64,000 bases of DNA, taken from assembly GCA_964439625.1 (NCBI GenBank), contig CAYTPI010000005.1, positions 32,637-96,636 of the forward strand. Reading direction: 5' to 3'. The notes beneath the pieces were generated by a model, which was not told where the DNA came from, did no database searches, and worked only from the letters and a program-made list of their open reading frames with translations. Origin of the DNA: an uncultured Anaerolineae bacterium (GTDB lineage Bacteria > Chloroflexota > Anaerolineae > Aggregatilineales > UBA3940). The translations under genes and the position numbers were made by a program. Below are positions 1 to 7,792 of the stretch, piece after piece (position 1 is the first letter of the stretch; every line of letters starts with the position of its first letter).

Positions 1-105
1 GTCAGTGGTGGTGGGTTGATCATTATTGTCGGTGTCGTCATCGACACGCTGCGCCAGATTGAGGGGCAGCTCATCATGCGGGGCCGAGATACATTTATTC
101 GTTAG
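1..105 (+). CDS. secY: SecY preprotein translocase, C-terminal fragment (gene starts upstream of the window)
   Basis: Frame 1 reads VSGGGLIIIVGVVIDTLRQIEGQLIMRGRDTFIR-stop, which resembles the last TM helix and tail of SecY. It lies directly upstream of adk, as in spc operons. Confidence 0.75.
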   Translation, partial: VSGGGLIIIVGVVIDTLRQIEGQLIMRGRDTFIR

Positions 106-158
106 TTTAGTGGGCGGGCCGCACTGAAAGCGGTCTACCGTTGGGATAATATTTAGCT

Positions 159-776
159 ATGTCAAGAACCTACATCATTCTGCTAGGGCCCCCTGGGGCA
201 GGTAAAGGCACGCAGGCACAGAAGTTGCAAGAACAGTTGGGCATCCCGCAGGTTTCAACTGGTGATCTCTTCCGTGCAATGAAAACTGAGACGACGCCGT
301 TAGCCCTCCGTGTTCAAGAGATCATGCAATCAGGTGCATTAGTACCCGATGACGTCACGAATCAAATGGTGCGTGAGCGGCTTGCAAAGCCTGATTGTGC
401 CAAAGGGGCTATTTTGGATGGATACCCACGAACCACGGTTCAGGCAGATGTACTAGCAGAGATGTTGAAAGAAGACTATGGTGAAGAGGTATCGGTCGCT
501 GTGCTGGTGGATGTGCCAAAGCCTGTAGCGGTTGATCGCATCAAGCATCGCTGTGAGATAGCGTTGACAGAAGGCAAGAGTGTTCGTCCAGATGACCTGA
601 ACCCGGTTACCATTGGTCGCCGGTATGAAGAGTATATGCAAAAGACCAGCCCGCTGGTGAATTACTATGATGAGCGTGATAAGTTACAGCGCGTCGATGG
701 GCAACTCGGCATTGATGCAGTCAATGATGCTGTTCTAAAGGTACTTGGCAGCACCACAGATATTGAAGCGCAGTAA
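159..776 (+). CDS. adk: Adenylate kinase
   Basis: 205-aa ORF with P-loop GPPGAGKGT and an ILDGYPRT motif. Follows secY and precedes map. Confidence 0.95.
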   Translation: MSRTYIILLGPPGAGKGTQAQKLQEQLGIPQVSTGDLFRAMKTETTPLALRVQEIMQSGALVPDDVTNQMVRERLAKPDCAKGAILDGYPRTTVQADVLAEMLKEDYGEEVSVAVLVDVPKPVAVDRIKHRCEIALTEGKSVRPDDLNPVTIGRRYEEYMQKTSPLVNYYDERDKLQRVDGQLGIDAVNDAVLKVLGSTTDIEAQ

Positions 777-854
777 TAGAATCAAATAAGTCTATGTGGC
801 ATGAGCCGAAAGGTTCTGCTGCTTGATGAGTCAATATAGTGTGAGGATCAAAGT

Positions 855-1643
855 GTGATGAGGCGCAGAGCGCGGCGTGCAGTCAAACTAAAGACAGCCA
901 AAGACATTCAAGCGATGCGCGATGCGGCGAAGATCAATGTTGAGGTGCTTCAGTCAGTTAACGCGGCGATTAAGCCGGGTGTAACAACGGCAGCACTTGA
1001 TAAGATCGCGTTTGACATTATTGCTTCTCGCAAGGCAATACCAGCCTTTCTTGGTTATCCACCTGGCAGCAGACATCCGTTCCCGAATACACTGACGGTG
1101 TGTGTCAATGAAGAGCTCGTCCATGGCATACCCAGCGACCGCGTCCTGAAAGAAGGTGATATCGTCACTATCGACTGTGGCACCATCTACCGTGACTATG
1201 TCGCTGACTCAGCCTTTACAACCGGCGTTGGTGAGATATCTGACGAAGCCCGCAAGCTGATTGACACTACTGAGCAGTCACTATATAAGGCTATTGATCA
1301 GTGTGTCGTAGGAAATCGTCTCGGCAATGTATCCGCTGAAGTGCAGGACTTTGTCGAGGCGCTCGGGTATAACGTCGTGCGCAAGTACGGTGGGCACGGG
1401 GTTGGTCAGCAAATGCACGAAGAGCCGCACATCCCAAACTACGGAAAACGGGGTAAAGGGTTGCTGCTGCAAAAAGGCATGACGTTGGCGATTGAACCAA
1501 TGGTGATGGTCGGGGATTATGAAACTGAAGTGTTGGATGACCACTGGACTGTTGTTTCAGCAGACCGTAAACTCAATGCCCATTGTGAACACACAGTGGC
1601 AATCTCAGAAAATGGCCCAGAAATACTGACAAAGTGGTTATAG
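855..1643 (+). CDS. map: Methionine aminopeptidase type I
   Basis: 262-aa ORF with MetAP motifs IVTIDCG, GHGVG, LAIEPM and HCEHTV. The start could be GTG 855 or ATG 858. Confidence 0.93.
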   Translation: MMRRRARRAVKLKTAKDIQAMRDAAKINVEVLQSVNAAIKPGVTTAALDKIAFDIIASRKAIPAFLGYPPGSRHPFPNTLTVCVNEELVHGIPSDRVLKEGDIVTIDCGTIYRDYVADSAFTTGVGEISDEARKLIDTTEQSLYKAIDQCVVGNRLGNVSAEVQDFVEALGYNVVRKYGGHGVGQQMHEEPHIPNYGKRGKGLLLQKGMTLAIEPMVMVGDYETEVLDDHWTVVSADRKLNAHCEHTVAISENGPEILTKWL

Positions 1644-1752
1644 CGTGATACAATAACGAGTCGGTTTAGATATTGGCTGGTAATTGCAGAGTAAATGCAA
1701 ACTAGGGTGCAAGTCATATGGCCCTGGGTAAGCGTTCTTTGTCAATTGTCGC

Positions 1753-1767
1753 ATGTGCTTAGCACAT
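1753..1767. repeat. Perfect 7-1-7 palindrome ATGTGCT-T-AGCACAT just upstream of the rpmJ RBS, function unknown
   Basis: Read directly from the sequence. Lies in the 144-nt map-rpmJ spacer. Confidence 0.5.
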
Positions 1768-1786
1768 AGACCAGAGGAGATTAATC

Positions 1787-1900
1787 ATGAGAGTTAGCGC
1801 ATCAGTAAAGCGTCGTTGCCCTAAGTGCCGTGTTGTTAAGCGTAAGGGTGTGGTTCACATTATTTGTTCCAACCCGAAGCACAAGCAGCGCCAGGGCTAG
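1787..1900 (+). CDS. rpmJ: 50S ribosomal protein L36
   Basis: 37-aa ORF below the ORF-track cutoff: [45 protein letters not shown] sits 6 nt upstream. The CxxC...C...H zinc ribbon is typical of L36. Confidence 0.93.
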   Translation: MRVSASVKRRCPKCRVVKRKGVVHIICSNPKHKQRQG

Positions 1901-1927
1901 CACAAACAGTCGAGGTGAGATAATTTT

Positions 1928-2317
1928 ATGGCTCGTATAGAAGGTGTTGACCTGCCACGTAACAAGCGGGTTGTGATTGGCCTGACCTACATCTACGGTA
2001 TTGGTCGTTCACGCAGTAACGACATTCTCGGTGCCACAGGTATCGATGAGAATACTCGAATCAAAGATTTGACTGAAGATGAAGTTCAACGGTTGAGAGA
2101 TTTCATCAACCAGAATTATCGTGTCGAGGGTGACCTTCGCCGCGAGGTTGAACTCAATATCAAACGTCTGCGTGATATCGGTACGTACCGGGGTTTGCGT
2201 CATCGCTACAATTTGCCAGTACGCGGTCAGCGGACGAAGACAAATGCACGTACTCGCCGAGGCCGTCGCCAGACCGTTGCTGGTCGTGGTCGCCGCCGTG
2301 GCGCAGCCAAGAAGTAG
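1928..2317 (+). CDS. rpsM: 30S ribosomal protein S13
   Basis: 129-aa ORF beginning [15 protein letters not shown], with a basic C-tail. Confidence 0.96.
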   Translation: MARIEGVDLPRNKRVVIGLTYIYGIGRSRSNDILGATGIDENTRIKDLTEDEVQRLRDFINQNYRVEGDLRREVELNIKRLRDIGTYRGLRHRYNLPVRGQRTKTNARTRRGRRQTVAGRGRRRGAAKK

Positions 2318-2325
2318 GAGAAATT

Positions 2326-2724
2326 ATGGGACGTCGTAGACAGCAGTCTCCAAAAAGTTCGCGTAAGAGTAGAAAAAATGTCCCTTATGGGCAGGCACAC
2401 ATTCACGCGACGTTCAACAATACAATTGTCAGCATGACTGACCAGCAGGGTAATGTCATTGCTTGGGCTTCAGCCGGCACATCTGGTTTCAAAGGGTCAC
2501 GCAAGAGTACGCCTTTTGCAGCGCAAATGGCAGGTCAAAATGCGGCTCAGTCTGCTATGGACAATGGCATGCGTGAAGTTGACGTCTTTGTGAAGGGCCC
2601 CGGCCCCGGTCGTGAAGCGGCTATCCGCGCCATTGTAGGTAGTGGGTTGAAGGTTCGCTCAATGACGGATGTTACCCCGGTGCCGCATAACGGTACACGC
2701 GCACGCAAGAAGCGCCGCGTATAA
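2326..2724 (+). CDS. rpsK: 30S ribosomal protein S11
   Basis: 132-aa ORF with [11 protein letters not shown] and [13 protein letters not shown] motifs. Confidence 0.96.
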   Translation: MGRRRQQSPKSSRKSRKNVPYGQAHIHATFNNTIVSMTDQQGNVIAWASAGTSGFKGSRKSTPFAAQMAGQNAAQSAMDNGMREVDVFVKGPGPGREAAIRAIVGSGLKVRSMTDVTPVPHNGTRARKKRRV

Positions 2725-2780
2725 TGTTCGCTTTGGTCATTTGACCGAACCACTGCTTGGCTCAGACAATTCTGATTTTG

Positions 2781-2856
2781 GCAAGCGTTCATGTAGCGCT
2801 TGCCTTACTATGTAGCGTTGCTGCTTCGGCATCGTCTGGTAACTGAAGCTGCAACG
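2781..2856 (+). promoter_or_regulatory. Two consecutive stem-loops in the rpsK-rpoA spacer (possible processing or attenuation element)
   Basis: HP1 is GCAAGCG(2781-2787)/CGCTTGC(2797-2803). HP2 is CGTTGCTGCTTC(2816-2827)/GAAGCTGCAACG(2845-2856) with one mismatch. The motif ATGTAGCG(C)TTGC occurs twice, 20 nt apart. Confidence 0.35.
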
Positions 2857-2894
2857 TTGAGCGTACAAATAGCTCTAACAGGAGGGCGACTAAA

Positions 2895-3860
2895 TTGGTT
2901 GCAAATCAAATGGTACTGCCAAAAATTGAACGCGATGCGGTTTCCTTAAACTATGCGCGTTTCATCATTAGCCCGCTGGAAAGTGGTTTTGGCACCACAA
3001 TCGGCAACGCACTTCGTCGTGTCATGTTGTCATCGCTGCCCGGTGCGGCTGTAACGTCAATCCGCGTTGCAGATGTTTCGCATGAATTCTCCGCCATTCC
3101 CAATGTGCGTGAGGATATGACGCAGTTAATTCTACAAGTAAAGCAAATCCGCTTGATCCTGCATGATGAGGTTGAGTCAGCTCGACTGCGCTTGGACATT
3201 CAGGGTGGGGGTATTATTACCGCCGCCGATTTGACGGTTCCACCAGAAGTTGAGGTCAAGAACCCAGATCTCTATCTGTTCTCAGTTGATGATGACAGTG
3301 CCCGGGTTGAGATTGAAATGACTGTCGAGCGCGGTGTAGGCTATTCGCCCGCGGAAGAACGAGGTCGCCTGCCAATTGGTGAGGTCCCCGTGGACACTAT
3401 CTTTAGCCCAATCCGTAAGGTCAACTTTGATGTTGACCGCGCCCGTGTAGGTCAGAAGACAAACTACGACAAGCTCGTGCTTGAAGTCTGGACAGACGGC
3501 ACCATTGAACCAGAAACCGCCGTCAGTGATGCAGCAGAAATTTTGATGCGCCACCTCGGTATTCTTGCGCAGGTCGATATTGAGACTTTCATCGTCCCAG
3601 ATGTGGAGCCAGAGCCTGTTGAGCCGAACAAGCCAGTATTCTATGATAATCCGATTGAGGGTCTTGACCTGAGCGTTCGCGTCTTCAACTCGTTAAAGCG
3701 CACGGGTATCACGACAGTTGGTGAAGTGCTCGAAATCCTAGACAAAGGTGAGGATGCTATGTTGGCGATCCGTAACTTTGGCGATAAATCATTAACGGAG
3801 TTGGTCGAGCGTCTTCAAGAAAAAGGCTTTATGGACGAAGAAGGCGAAGAAGTCGGCTAG
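2895..3860 (+). CDS. rpoA: DNA-directed RNA polymerase alpha subunit
   Basis: 321-aa ORF with an N-terminal domain (PLESGFGTTIGNALRRVMLSS) and a C-terminal domain (LDLSVRVFNSLKRTGITTVGEL-like). TTG start at 2895 lies 8 nt after GGAGGG; ATG 2910 is the alternative. Confidence 0.95.
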   Translation: MVANQMVLPKIERDAVSLNYARFIISPLESGFGTTIGNALRRVMLSSLPGAAVTSIRVADVSHEFSAIPNVREDMTQLILQVKQIRLILHDEVESARLRLDIQGGGIITAADLTVPPEVEVKNPDLYLFSVDDDSARVEIEMTVERGVGYSPAEERGRLPIGEVPVDTIFSPIRKVNFDVDRARVGQKTNYDKLVLEVWTDGTIEPETAVSDAAEILMRHLGILAQVDIETFIVPDVEPEPVEPNKPVFYDNPIEGLDLSVRVFNSLKRTGITTVGEVLEILDKGEDAMLAIRNFGDKSLTELVERLQEKGFMDEEGEEVG

Positions 3861-3932
3861 AGATAGATTGAAACAAACAGGCCGCATCAATGAGATGTGG
3901 CCCACTAGTAACACTTAAGAGGAAGTGTAAGC

Positions 3933-4475
3933 ATGCGTCATAATAAAAAGAAGCGTCACCTAGGACGCGACCATGACCACCGGAAGGCGCTTCGGAAAAA
4001 CCTCATTCGTGAACTGTTTGAGAACGAGCGCATCCGTACAACATCAGCAAAAGCTAAGTTCGTTCGCGGTGAGGCTGAAAAGCTAATAACACTTGCGCGC
4101 AATCGGGGCGACTTAGAGCGCATTATCGAGCTGGCAGAGGATGGCGATGAAGAGACTCTCAACCGCATTCTGACCAAAGGACAAGCTGCCCGTGTATTAC
4201 GATGGACTCAGTCCGATGAGCGTTTCTATGAAGATAAAAAAGGTAATGAACGCGACCATCTCGAAGATGAGGTGAAGGGTATCGTCGTCCATGCACAGCG
4301 TTTAGCTCGTAAGCGGGTCACCGACCGTGATACGCTCGATAAGCTTTTCTATGACATTGGCCCGCGTTACTTTGAACGTTCTGGTGGTTACACACGGATC
4401 ATTAAGTTGGGCCCACGCAAGGGTGATGCAGCAGAAATGGTCTTTCTAGAGTTGGTTGAAGGCGAAGAAATATAA
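3933..4475 (+). CDS. rplQ: 50S ribosomal protein L17, with a roughly 58-aa internal insertion
   Basis: 180-aa ORF. Its ends match L17 (MRHNKKKRHLGR..., GGYTRIIKLGPRKGDAAEM), but residues about 61-118 have no counterpart in the E. coli L17 sequence as I recall it. Confidence 0.9.
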   Translation: MRHNKKKRHLGRDHDHRKALRKNLIRELFENERIRTTSAKAKFVRGEAEKLITLARNRGDLERIIELAEDGDEETLNRILTKGQAARVLRWTQSDERFYEDKKGNERDHLEDEVKGIVVHAQRLARKRVTDRDTLDKLFYDIGPRYFERSGGYTRIIKLGPRKGDAAEMVFLELVEGEEI

Positions 4476-4495
4476 CGCGTCGCTTTCGTGCCATC

Positions 4496-5233
4496 TTGGC
4501 GTACGATGGAACCGCCTATAAAGGTTACCAGCGTCAGAAAAATGGCTATACGGTTCAAGAGGCTGTTGAAGCAGCACTCAGCATCGTTACTCAGCAACCC
4601 TTGACTATCGCTGCGGCTGGGCGCACAGATGCAGGCGTGCACGCCTCCGGGCAAGTAATTGCCTTTACTACTGGCTGGGCACACTCGCCTGAAGCGCTGC
4701 AAATGGCGACTAATGTTGAACTGCCGGATGATGTTGCCCTTCAGTATGTTGAGGAAACAACGGATGATTTTCAACCGCGGTTCGATGCGCGTGCTCGAAC
4801 ATATCAGTATCGGTTGTTTCATGCAGCCGTGCGTGACCCGCTTAGAGAGCGTTTCGCATGGCGTATAACTCATGCAGTCGATGCTGTTGATATACAAGCA
4901 GCTGTACGGCAAAGTTTAATCGGCAGCAGAGATTTTAGGGCGTTTGGGGATTCACCCAGCGGCAGGCATACAGTTCGCCACATACAGCGAGCACAGTTCG
5001 TTGTGGCGACTGAGCGGACATATTTACTCGAGATTACGGCTAATGCGTTCCTGAACCGCATGGTGCGGCGCATTGTTGGGACACTATATGAAGTTGGGCA
5101 GGGGCGCATGAAACTGTCCGAATTTGAAAAGATGATTGACCGTGGTGAGAGGCAGCATACAGCACTCGCGCCACCCCATGGACTGACGTTGACGTCTGTA
5201 ACCTATGGTGAAATAAAGGAGAGAACAACGTGA
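4496..5233 (+). CDS. truA: tRNA pseudouridine(38-40) synthase TruA (true start probably upstream at a non-canonical codon)
   Basis: [13 protein letters not shown] and the catalytic GRTDAGVHA motif. The first canonical start (TTG 4496) removes the conserved first beta-strand, which is encoded in frame upstream (RRFRAIL). Confidence 0.9.
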   Translation: MAYDGTAYKGYQRQKNGYTVQEAVEAALSIVTQQPLTIAAAGRTDAGVHASGQVIAFTTGWAHSPEALQMATNVELPDDVALQYVEETTDDFQPRFDARARTYQYRLFHAAVRDPLRERFAWRITHAVDAVDIQAAVRQSLIGSRDFRAFGDSPSGRHTVRHIQRAQFVVATERTYLLEITANAFLNRMVRRIVGTLYEVGQGRMKLSEFEKMIDRGERQHTALAPPHGLTLTSVTYGEIKERTT

Positions 5234-5664
5234 AGACGTATTCGGCTAAGCCATCAGACGTCGAGCGGAAGTGGTATGTAGTAGACGCAGATGGATTGAC
5301 GCTCGGGCGCATGTCAACTCGTATCGCAACCATTTTGCGCGGCAAGCACAAGCCAATCTACACGCCACACGTCGATACTGGTGACTATGTAATCGTGATT
5401 AATGCGGAGAAGGTCTACACGACCGGAAACCGTATGGACAATAAAATGTACCATCATCACTCGCGCTATCCGGGCGGTCTAAAGTCCCTGACCTTGCGTG
5501 AGATGTTGCAGCGGAACCCTGAAAAGGTCACGCGGGATGCGGTTCGCCGTATGCTGCCGAAGGGGGCCCTTGGCAGACAGATGTTAAAGAAACTTAAAAT
5601 TTACCCAGGGCCAGAGCATCCACACAAAGCACAGAACCCTGAAACCCTGAACCTGAAGGAGTAA
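5230..5664 (+). CDS. rplM: 50S ribosomal protein L13
   Basis: 144-aa ORF beginning [20 protein letters not shown]. The GTG start overlaps the truA stop (GTGA). Confidence 0.95.
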   Translation: MKTYSAKPSDVERKWYVVDADGLTLGRMSTRIATILRGKHKPIYTPHVDTGDYVIVINAEKVYTTGNRMDNKMYHHHSRYPGGLKSLTLREMLQRNPEKVTRDAVRRMLPKGALGRQMLKKLKIYPGPEHPHKAQNPETLNLKE

Positions 5665-5669
5665 TTATC

Positions 5670-6068
5670 ATGGCAGAAAATCGCTATATCGAAGGCGTTG
5701 GTCGCCGTAAGTCCGCCACAGCCCGTGTTCGTATTTACCCTGGTGGTCAGGGGAGTTTCACTGTCAACGGTCGTACTATTGAACAGTACTTCGACCGTAT
5801 GGGTGATGCAGACGGTGCCAGTAAACCCATGGTACTGACGGGCACTCGGTCAAGTTTTGACGTGACCGTCCAAGTGAAGGGTGGCGGTGTCAGTGGTCAG
5901 GCAGGGGCCGTCTCGTTGGGCTTGGCTCGTGCTTTGATCAAGCATGACCCTGAAATGCGTACAACCCTCAAGCGTGCTGGCCTATTGATGCGTGATCCAC
6001 GCGTCAAGGAGCGTAAGAAGCCGGGCCTCAAGCGTGCCCGCAAAGCGCCGACTTACACCAAGCGCTAA
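5670..6068 (+). CDS. rpsI: 30S ribosomal protein S9
   Basis: 132-aa ORF with GRRKSATARV and a C-terminal KAPTYTKR. Confidence 0.96.
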   Translation: MAENRYIEGVGRRKSATARVRIYPGGQGSFTVNGRTIEQYFDRMGDADGASKPMVLTGTRSSFDVTVQVKGGGVSGQAGAVSLGLARALIKHDPEMRTTLKRAGLLMRDPRVKERKKPGLKRARKAPTYTKR

Positions 6069-6088
6069 ACAAATCAGTCAGTTCAAAT

Positions 6089-6117
6089 GGGCCGTCGTTA
6101 GACGGTCTATTTGCTTT
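6089..6117 (+). terminator. Putative intrinsic terminator after rpsI
   Basis: 8-bp stem (GGGCCGTC/GACGGTCT, including 2 G-U pairs) with a GTTA loop, followed by ATTTGCTTT. Confidence 0.45.
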
Positions 6118-6122
6118 ACGTT

Positions 6123-6965
6123 ATGGTTGTCCTATCTCACTATCAAGCTCGGATACTTCGCCAAGCCCGCCAGAATAAGCTGACTTTGGTTGACGTCTCG
6201 CTTGACCTTAACCTTACTGTAACAACCGTAAAACTCGATGAGGTAGGTGTATTGCTCCCATCTGGTGCCGTTCTGTCTTGGCAGGCTATTGATGAGATCA
6301 CTGATCATGAAAACAAGTGCTATGCCATAGATGATGAGGGCAACCTATCAGAGATTCGTGTCTTTTCGAAAGATACCAACTGGGTTCGTAGTCTCTACCC
6401 TACAGAAAACGCGCCAACAACGCTGGTCGCTGGTTTGACGATGCATCGCATTGTTGGTACCGATCCGATGACTGATACACTGCAAAAAGTAGCTGCTGCA
6501 CGCCCTCAGGGCTCGGTGTTGGATACAGCAACGGGCCTTGGCTATACGGCGGTTGTTGCTGCAAAATCAGCCGAGCGGGTAGTATCAGTCGAATTAGATA
6601 GCGCTGCACTTGAGATTGCGCGTTACAATCCATGGTCAGCGGATCTATTCACAAATCCCAAAATCGAACTAGTCGTAGGGCATGTTTGGGATGTTGCAGA
6701 AGACACTGACACTGGTACCTACTCTTGCATCATCCATGATCCGCCAGCTTTTAACCTCGCTGGTGAACTTTACGCTGGTGATTTCTATGCGGAACTCTAT
6801 AGAATCTTGCGGAGTAGGGGTCGCTTGTTTCACTACATAGGTGACCTTGGCAGTCAATCAAATAAAAGTGTTGTGCCAGGGGTTATCCGTCGGCTGCAAG
6901 CTGTCGGCTTTGATCGAATTACCAAAGTGCCACGTGCTTTTGGAGTTGTAGCAGTCAAATATTAG
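6123..6965 (+). CDS. Class I SAM-dependent methyltransferase with an HDPP(A)F motif (N-methylase / RNA or DNA base methylase type)
   Basis: Motif I is VLDTATGLGYTAVVAA and motif IV is IIHDPPAF. A roughly 100-aa N-terminal domain is of unknown type. ATG 6123 is preferred over TTG 6111, which overlaps the terminator. Confidence 0.6.
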   Translation: MVVLSHYQARILRQARQNKLTLVDVSLDLNLTVTTVKLDEVGVLLPSGAVLSWQAIDEITDHENKCYAIDDEGNLSEIRVFSKDTNWVRSLYPTENAPTTLVAGLTMHRIVGTDPMTDTLQKVAAARPQGSVLDTATGLGYTAVVAAKSAERVVSVELDSAALEIARYNPWSADLFTNPKIELVVGHVWDVAEDTDTGTYSCIIHDPPAFNLAGELYAGDFYAELYRILRSRGRLFHYIGDLGSQSNKSVVPGVIRRLQAVGFDRITKVPRAFGVVAVKY

Positions 6966-6985
6966 TCAATGAGGGGAATAAGTGA

Positions 6986-7789
6986 TTGACGCTAATATTA
7001 ATCACTAATGATGATGGAATTCGTTCGCCCGGGCTTGGCGCTATCGCCGCCGCAGTCTCTGATCTGGGTGATGTGTTGATTGCGGCACCGAATCGCCAGC
7101 AAACCAGTATGAGCCGTGCAAAGCCCAAATATCCGACGCAAGGTATCGTCAACGAGATTACAGTAGAATTTGAGGGTCAGTTTTTTCCTGCTTACGAAAT
7201 TGAGGGGTCCCCAACGCAGTCAGTCGTGCACGCTATCCTTGAAATAGCTGACAAACTCCCAGACCTCTGCGTCAGTGGTGCAAACTACGGTGAAAACATT
7301 GGCGGTAGTCTAACCGGCAGTGGCACCGTGATGGCTGCAATTGAAGCAGCATCATTTGGCATGCCAGCTATTGCTGTCTCGCGTGAGACGCCGCATTACA
7401 TGGCGCACATGGAAAATTACCCCCAATTAGACTGGTCTGCCGTTCAGTATTTTACACACCGGCTGGCACGGCATGTCCTTGAAAACGGTCTGCCAGATCA
7501 AGTTGAAGTATTGAACCTTAACGTCCCCGAGCATGCAACGCCGCAAACCCCAATACGCCAGACGGTTCAAGAATTTCAGCGTTATTATTACTTTACGACG
7601 ACTGCCCCGCGTGATTTCAAAACCCCCATGCGCTTATCGCAGACAAAAGGCCTCGACTCTAATGCTATTGACCCCATGGGTGATGTCAAAGCATTGTATG
7701 ATGGAGTCGTCTCTGTGACCCCTCTCTGTCGCTTACTGACTGCGCACAATGCGCCGCCTAATTTGACCCAAGGGTTGATGGTGGAGTAG
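6986..7789 (+). CDS. surE: 5'/3'-nucleotidase SurE
   Basis: N-terminus ILITNDDGIRSPGL is the SurE signature, and the SGANYGEN motif is present. TTG start. Confidence 0.9.
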   Translation: MTLILITNDDGIRSPGLGAIAAAVSDLGDVLIAAPNRQQTSMSRAKPKYPTQGIVNEITVEFEGQFFPAYEIEGSPTQSVVHAILEIADKLPDLCVSGANYGENIGGSLTGSGTVMAAIEAASFGMPAIAVSRETPHYMAHMENYPQLDWSAVQYFTHRLARHVLENGLPDQVEVLNLNVPEHATPQTPIRQTVQEFQRYYYFTTTAPRDFKTPMRLSQTKGLDSNAIDPMGDVKALYDGVVSVTPLCRLLTAHNAPPNLTQGLMVE

Positions 7790-7792
7790 CCT

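Noticed and set aside
1753-1767. TTAGCAC-containing palindrome as a CIRCE (HrcA) operator
   Set aside because: CIRCE is TTAGCACTC-N9-GAGTGCTAA. Here the arms are 7 nt with a 1-nt spacer and the flanks do not match. The location, upstream of rpmJ, is not a heat-shock gene.
4388-4912. 174-aa minus-strand ORF
   Set aside because: It is antisense to the well-supported rplQ 3' end and truA. It shows no motifs and is a shadow ORF.
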